Source: Mobula hypostoma (taxonomy: Eukaryota). Taken from it: 64,000 nucleotides of DNA. The position numbers and the translations under genes were made by a program. How positions within the stretch are numbered: the stretch's first letter is position 1; the number at the start of each line of letters is the position of its first letter. Where the stretch lies: assembly GCF_963921235.1 (NCBI RefSeq), contig NC_086108.1, forward strand, positions 45,076,001 to 45,140,000. Reading direction: 5' to 3'. The notes beneath the pieces were generated by a model. The model was not told the DNA's origin, made no database searches, and was given only the letters and a program-made list of their open reading frames with translations. Shown here one piece after another: positions 62,620 through 64,000 of the stretch.

Positions 62620-63460
62620 GTCAAAGATGGTAAGGTTCTGGAAACTTGGATGATGAGGGACGCTGTAAATTTCCTTGAAAAGGGGGAAAAAATAAGCGCA
62701 AGTTTCAGGAAGCTGAAATCAGAAAGGAATTCAGAGGGCCAAAGGGGGCCATAAAATATCCTTGCCATGCATGATTAAGGAAAATTCAAAGATATTTTAT
62801 GCATACATTAAAAACAAGAGGGTAACTAGGGGACCCTTTGGAATAAAGAAGGTAAATTATTCCTGGAGCCAGGAAATGCAGGTGAAATACTGAGTGAGAT
62901 TAGGGTGGGGTAGGGGATATTCTAGGAGGTGTTGAGTTCATGAAGGAGGATGTGTTGGGTACATTGAAGAACATTAAGGCGGATATCCTCATTGTTTGAT
63001 TGGATCTATCCCAGGTTATTAAGAGAGGTAAGTGAGGAGATTGCTGGAGCCTTGAAAAAGAACTTTGTGTCCTCTCTTGCCAAAGAGAAGGTACCAGAGG
63101 ACTGGATAATAGGCAGTGTTGTTCCTTTGTTTAAGGAGGTGAATAGAAATAGTGCTGGAAATTATTGGCTTGTGAGCATCAGAAAAGTAGTAGATAAGCT
63201 ATTGGAGAGGAGAGAATTTACTAGAATTTAGAATTAAAGCATAGAATTTACTCACATTTGGAAAAGCATGTCCTTATTAGAGATAGTCATCAAGGTATTG
63301 TACGGGACAGGTCATGCACACTGATTGAGGTTTTTGAGGATGTGACCAAGATGGTTGATGAGGCTAGAGCTGTGGATATTCCCTACATTAACTTTAAGAA
63401 GGTATTTGACAAGATCTCTCATAGTAAGCTGATGCAGAAGATTAAGCTGCATGGAGTCAA
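62620..63460 (+). mobile_element. Old CR1 LINE internal fragment
   Basis: IYPRLLREVSEEIAGAL...VPEDW...VVPLFK..NY, HQG...FEDVTK.VDE.RAVDI.YINFKKVFDKISH. Confidence 0.8.
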
Positions 63461-63464
63461 TGAC

Positions 63465-64000
63465 AGGCAGCGTCCATCATTAAGGACCTCCAGCACCCAG
63501 GGCAGGGGTGGTCAATCTTTTACATTCCATGTGTCAGTTTTTTCACTCACGAGTTCAGATGCGCCATACAACTCTTGTACCCCGATTCAATTCTTGTAAA
63601 AATATGTTAACATAGAGCTCGTGCGTGAAAAAATCGCACCTGAACTCGTGCGTGAAAAAATTGACGCATGGAATGTAAAAGGTTGGCTACCCCTGACCCA
63701 GGGCATGCCTTTTTCTCACTGTTACCATCAGGTAGGAGATACAGAAGTCTGAAGACACACACTCAGCGATTTAGGAACAGCTTCTTCCCCTCTGCCATCC
63801 GATTCCCAAATGGACATTGAAGCTTTGGACACTACCTCACTTCTTTAAATATACAGTATTTCTGTTTTTGCACATTTTTATGAAATCTATTCAATATACA
63901 TAATTGATTTACTTGTTTATTTATTATGTTTTATTTTATTTATTATTATTATTTTTTCTCTCTTTCTGCTAGATTATGTATTGAACTGCTGCTGCTAAGT
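63465..64000 (+). mobile_element. Rex/Babar-like LINE 3' end interrupted by a hAT MITE
   Basis: gcagcgtccatcattaaggacctccagcacccaggg|catgcc..ttctcactgttaccatcaggtaggagatacagaag...aggaacagcttcttcccctctgccatc. Confidence 0.78.
63503..63695. mobile_element. 193-bp hAT MITE
   Basis: About 60-bp imperfect TIRs starting caggggt and ending acccctg. Perfect 8-bp TSD ACCCAGGG at 63495-63502 and 63696-63703. Confidence 0.9.

Noticed and set aside
26087..64000. Next GLIS exon (expected to begin FEGC.KAFSRLENLKIH)
   Set aside because: Not found by eye or in the ORF track. It probably lies beyond the window, though a short exon could have been missed.
1..64000. CRISPR array, operon or other prokaryotic/viral system
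   Set aside because: No regularly spaced repeats and no gene-dense segment. All long ORFs are explained by GLIS exons or transposons.

Overview
Eukaryotic, AT-rich, repeat-dense vertebrate DNA. The repeat mix (abundant CR1, Rex/Babar-like, L2, RTE, V-SINE, Deu-SINE and Penelope-derived repeats) suggests a cartilaginous fish, probably a ray; this is an inference. The only host coding sequence I can support is two consecutive + strand exons of a GLIS-family Kruppel-like zinc-finger gene, most likely GLIS1. One is a 187-bp exon (23369-23555) hidden inside a spurious-looking ORF. The other is the large 1090-bp exon (24997-26086), which encodes zinc fingers 1-2 and the first Cys of finger 3. Everything else looks intronic and is filled with transposons, often nested. 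One nest is a Deu-SINE > hAT-Charlie > (young CR1, Penelope-like terminal repeat, inverted-repeat insert) stack at 13.5-17.8 kb. A second is a CR1 > (MITE, Penelope repeat, Gypsy) stack at 55.3-62.5 kb. The most notable non-coding signal is a series of about seven minimal type-I hammerhead-ribozyme motifs carried by Penelope-like terminal repeats. Two have an essentially intact catalytic core: 46195-46232 on the minus strand and 57086-57121 on the plus strand, which is the sense of the GLIS pre-mRNA. I found no prokaryotic features, CRISPR arrays, rRNA or bona fide tRNA genes. Repeat boundaries are approximate unless a TSD or TIR is quoted, and family assignments come from remembered motifs rather than database searches.
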